In this document: one piece after another, positions 63,741-64,000 of the stretch
Layout of the letters: the number at the start of each line of letters is the position of its first letter
How positions within the stretch are numbered: position 1 is the first letter of the stretch
Source of the DNA: Azolla caroliniana
Taxonomy: Eukaryota; Plantae; Polypodiophyta
Assembly (NCBI GenBank): GCA_043228905.1
Contig: JBHGNT010000011.1
Location: 11,098,001-11,162,000, forward strand
DNA length: 64,000 bases
Direction: 5' to 3'
Notes under the pieces: model-generated
Seen by the model: only the letters and a program-made list of their open reading frames with translations
Told to the model about the DNA's origin: nothing
The model's database searches: none
Made by a program: the position numbers and the translations under genes

Positions 63741-64000
63741 AAACCGGCCGGATCGACACTTCCGGCAAACTGCAGGTTATCCGGTAAGCAAAGCCCGAAG
63801 ACGAAAGCAGAGAAGGCGGATATGATGAAGGTTCCATATGCCTCTGCTGTCGGGAGATTAATGTACGCAATGGTGTGTACTCGACCAGATATTGGATACG
63901 CAGTCGGAGTGGTGAGCCGGTTTATGAGCAATCCCGACAAGGAGCACTGGAACGCGGTCAAATGGATACTCCGGTACTTGAAGGGCACTTTGGATATGTG
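63741..64000 (+). pseudogene. Tnt1/Tork-like copia RT C-terminal fragment, running off the window
   Basis: Encodes VPYASAVGRLMYAMVCTRPDIGYAVGVVSRFMSNPDKEHWNAVKWILRYLKGT. Confidence 0.9.

Overview
Eukaryotic land-plant genomic DNA, very rich in (CT/AG)n and (TG/CA)n repeats; a non-seed plant such as a fern is my inference, not established. It has two long, apparently intronless host genes on the + strand: a CRINKLY4-family (CCR3-like) receptor kinase and a GSL5/CalS12-type callose synthase. The rest is mostly retroelements. Two are complete with target-site duplications (TSDs): a Ty1/copia (2045-7981) and a Ty3/gypsy chromovirus (38612-45627). There is also a rearranged second copia, a solo LTR, an L1-like LINE, an RTE-X-like LINE, hAT-type MITEs, and a deep LTR nest from 56416 to the end. 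Most notable: (i) several LINE families that appear to insert into (CT)n microsatellites with family-specific polarity, stacked at 35.98-38.36 kb; (ii) a covarying 3' stem-loop shared by two RTE-X-like families; (iii) a copia inserted exactly into the 5-nt loop of a perfect 13-bp palindrome; (iv) a copia family with an extra module between two polypurine tracts (PPTs); (v) a chromovirus with TG...TA ends and a spaced palindrome array in its leader. All alignments were done by eye.
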